This document shows, in pieces, positions 63,831-64,000 of a DNA stretch of 64,000 nucleotides. How positions within the stretch are numbered: the stretch's first letter is position 1; every line of letters begins with the position of its first letter. A program made the position numbers and the translations under genes. Source of the stretch: Fimbriosthenelais zetlandica (taxonomy: Eukaryota); the NCBI GenBank assembly GCA_977030845.1, contig OZ365116.1, forward strand, positions 12,958,001 through 13,022,000. The letters run 5' to 3'. Under the pieces are notes generated by a model. That model was not told the origin of the DNA, did no database searches, and was given only the letters and a program-made list of their open reading frames with translations.

Positions 63831-63990
63831 TTAATCTAACTTGGGGTATTTAAAACCAACATGGCTATCGGAAGGAAACTCTGCTCTAATCCTTGTAACA
63901 GCACATGCCGGCAGAGGAATTCTGATGCTCTTTCCCACGTATCCGTAGCACCACCTTACAAGTTGACGATACGATGTGTAGCGATAGCGG
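63831..63990 (-). CDS. KolX (P2RX7 C-terminal/nanor-like) terminal exon; upstream exons lie outside the window
   Basis: After the acceptor ATTTACAG it reads RYRYTSYRQLVRWCYGYVGKSIRIPLPACAVTRIRAEFPSDSHVGFKYPKLD*. This matches the YR..AYRQ...W..G.LG...R..LP.C.V..IR..FP...GF pattern of KolX/P2RX7-like proteins. It is below the ORF-track cutoff. Confidence 0.9.
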
Positions 63991-64000
63991 CTGTAAATAT

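Larger units (their letters stand above)
57686..64000 (+). mobile_element. Autonomous Kolobok-superfamily DNA transposon (left end to window edge; right end outside)
   Basis: TTAA (57682-85) is followed by AGGCAACGGCCCATGAG, matching the Kolobok TTAA target and 5'-RR terminus. It encodes a THAP-DDE transposase and a convergent KolX exon, the two-gene layout of Kolobok. The left end is inferred because the partner TIR is not in the window. Confidence 0.85.

Overview
This is an AT-rich metazoan genomic window (probably a marine invertebrate; inference), with two assembly gaps at 4220-4374 and 52164-52322. I found no convincing host protein-coding gene, tRNA, rRNA or CRISPR array. Positions 1-57.6 kb are an intergenic or intronic transposon landscape. 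It holds 18 copies of three related ~200-bp PIF/Harbinger-like MITE families (A x7, B x6, C x5; TAA/TTA target duplications; five copies from all three families are exactly 203 bp). It also holds several single hairpin or foldback elements, minisatellites, microsatellites and eroded LINE (L2, CR1-like, L1/Tx1-like) and DNA-transposon relics. From 57686 to the window end lies the left part of an apparently intact autonomous Kolobok DNA transposon. It has a TTAA|AGG left end and a 9-exon, 741-aa THAP+DDE transposase with all splice phases consistent and no stops. The last exon of the convergent KolX gene (P2RX7 C-terminus-like) is on the minus strand and is missed by the ORF track, and a Harbinger-like MITE is inserted between the two 3' ends. 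Nearly all other ORFs in the track appear spurious. All alignments were made by eye.
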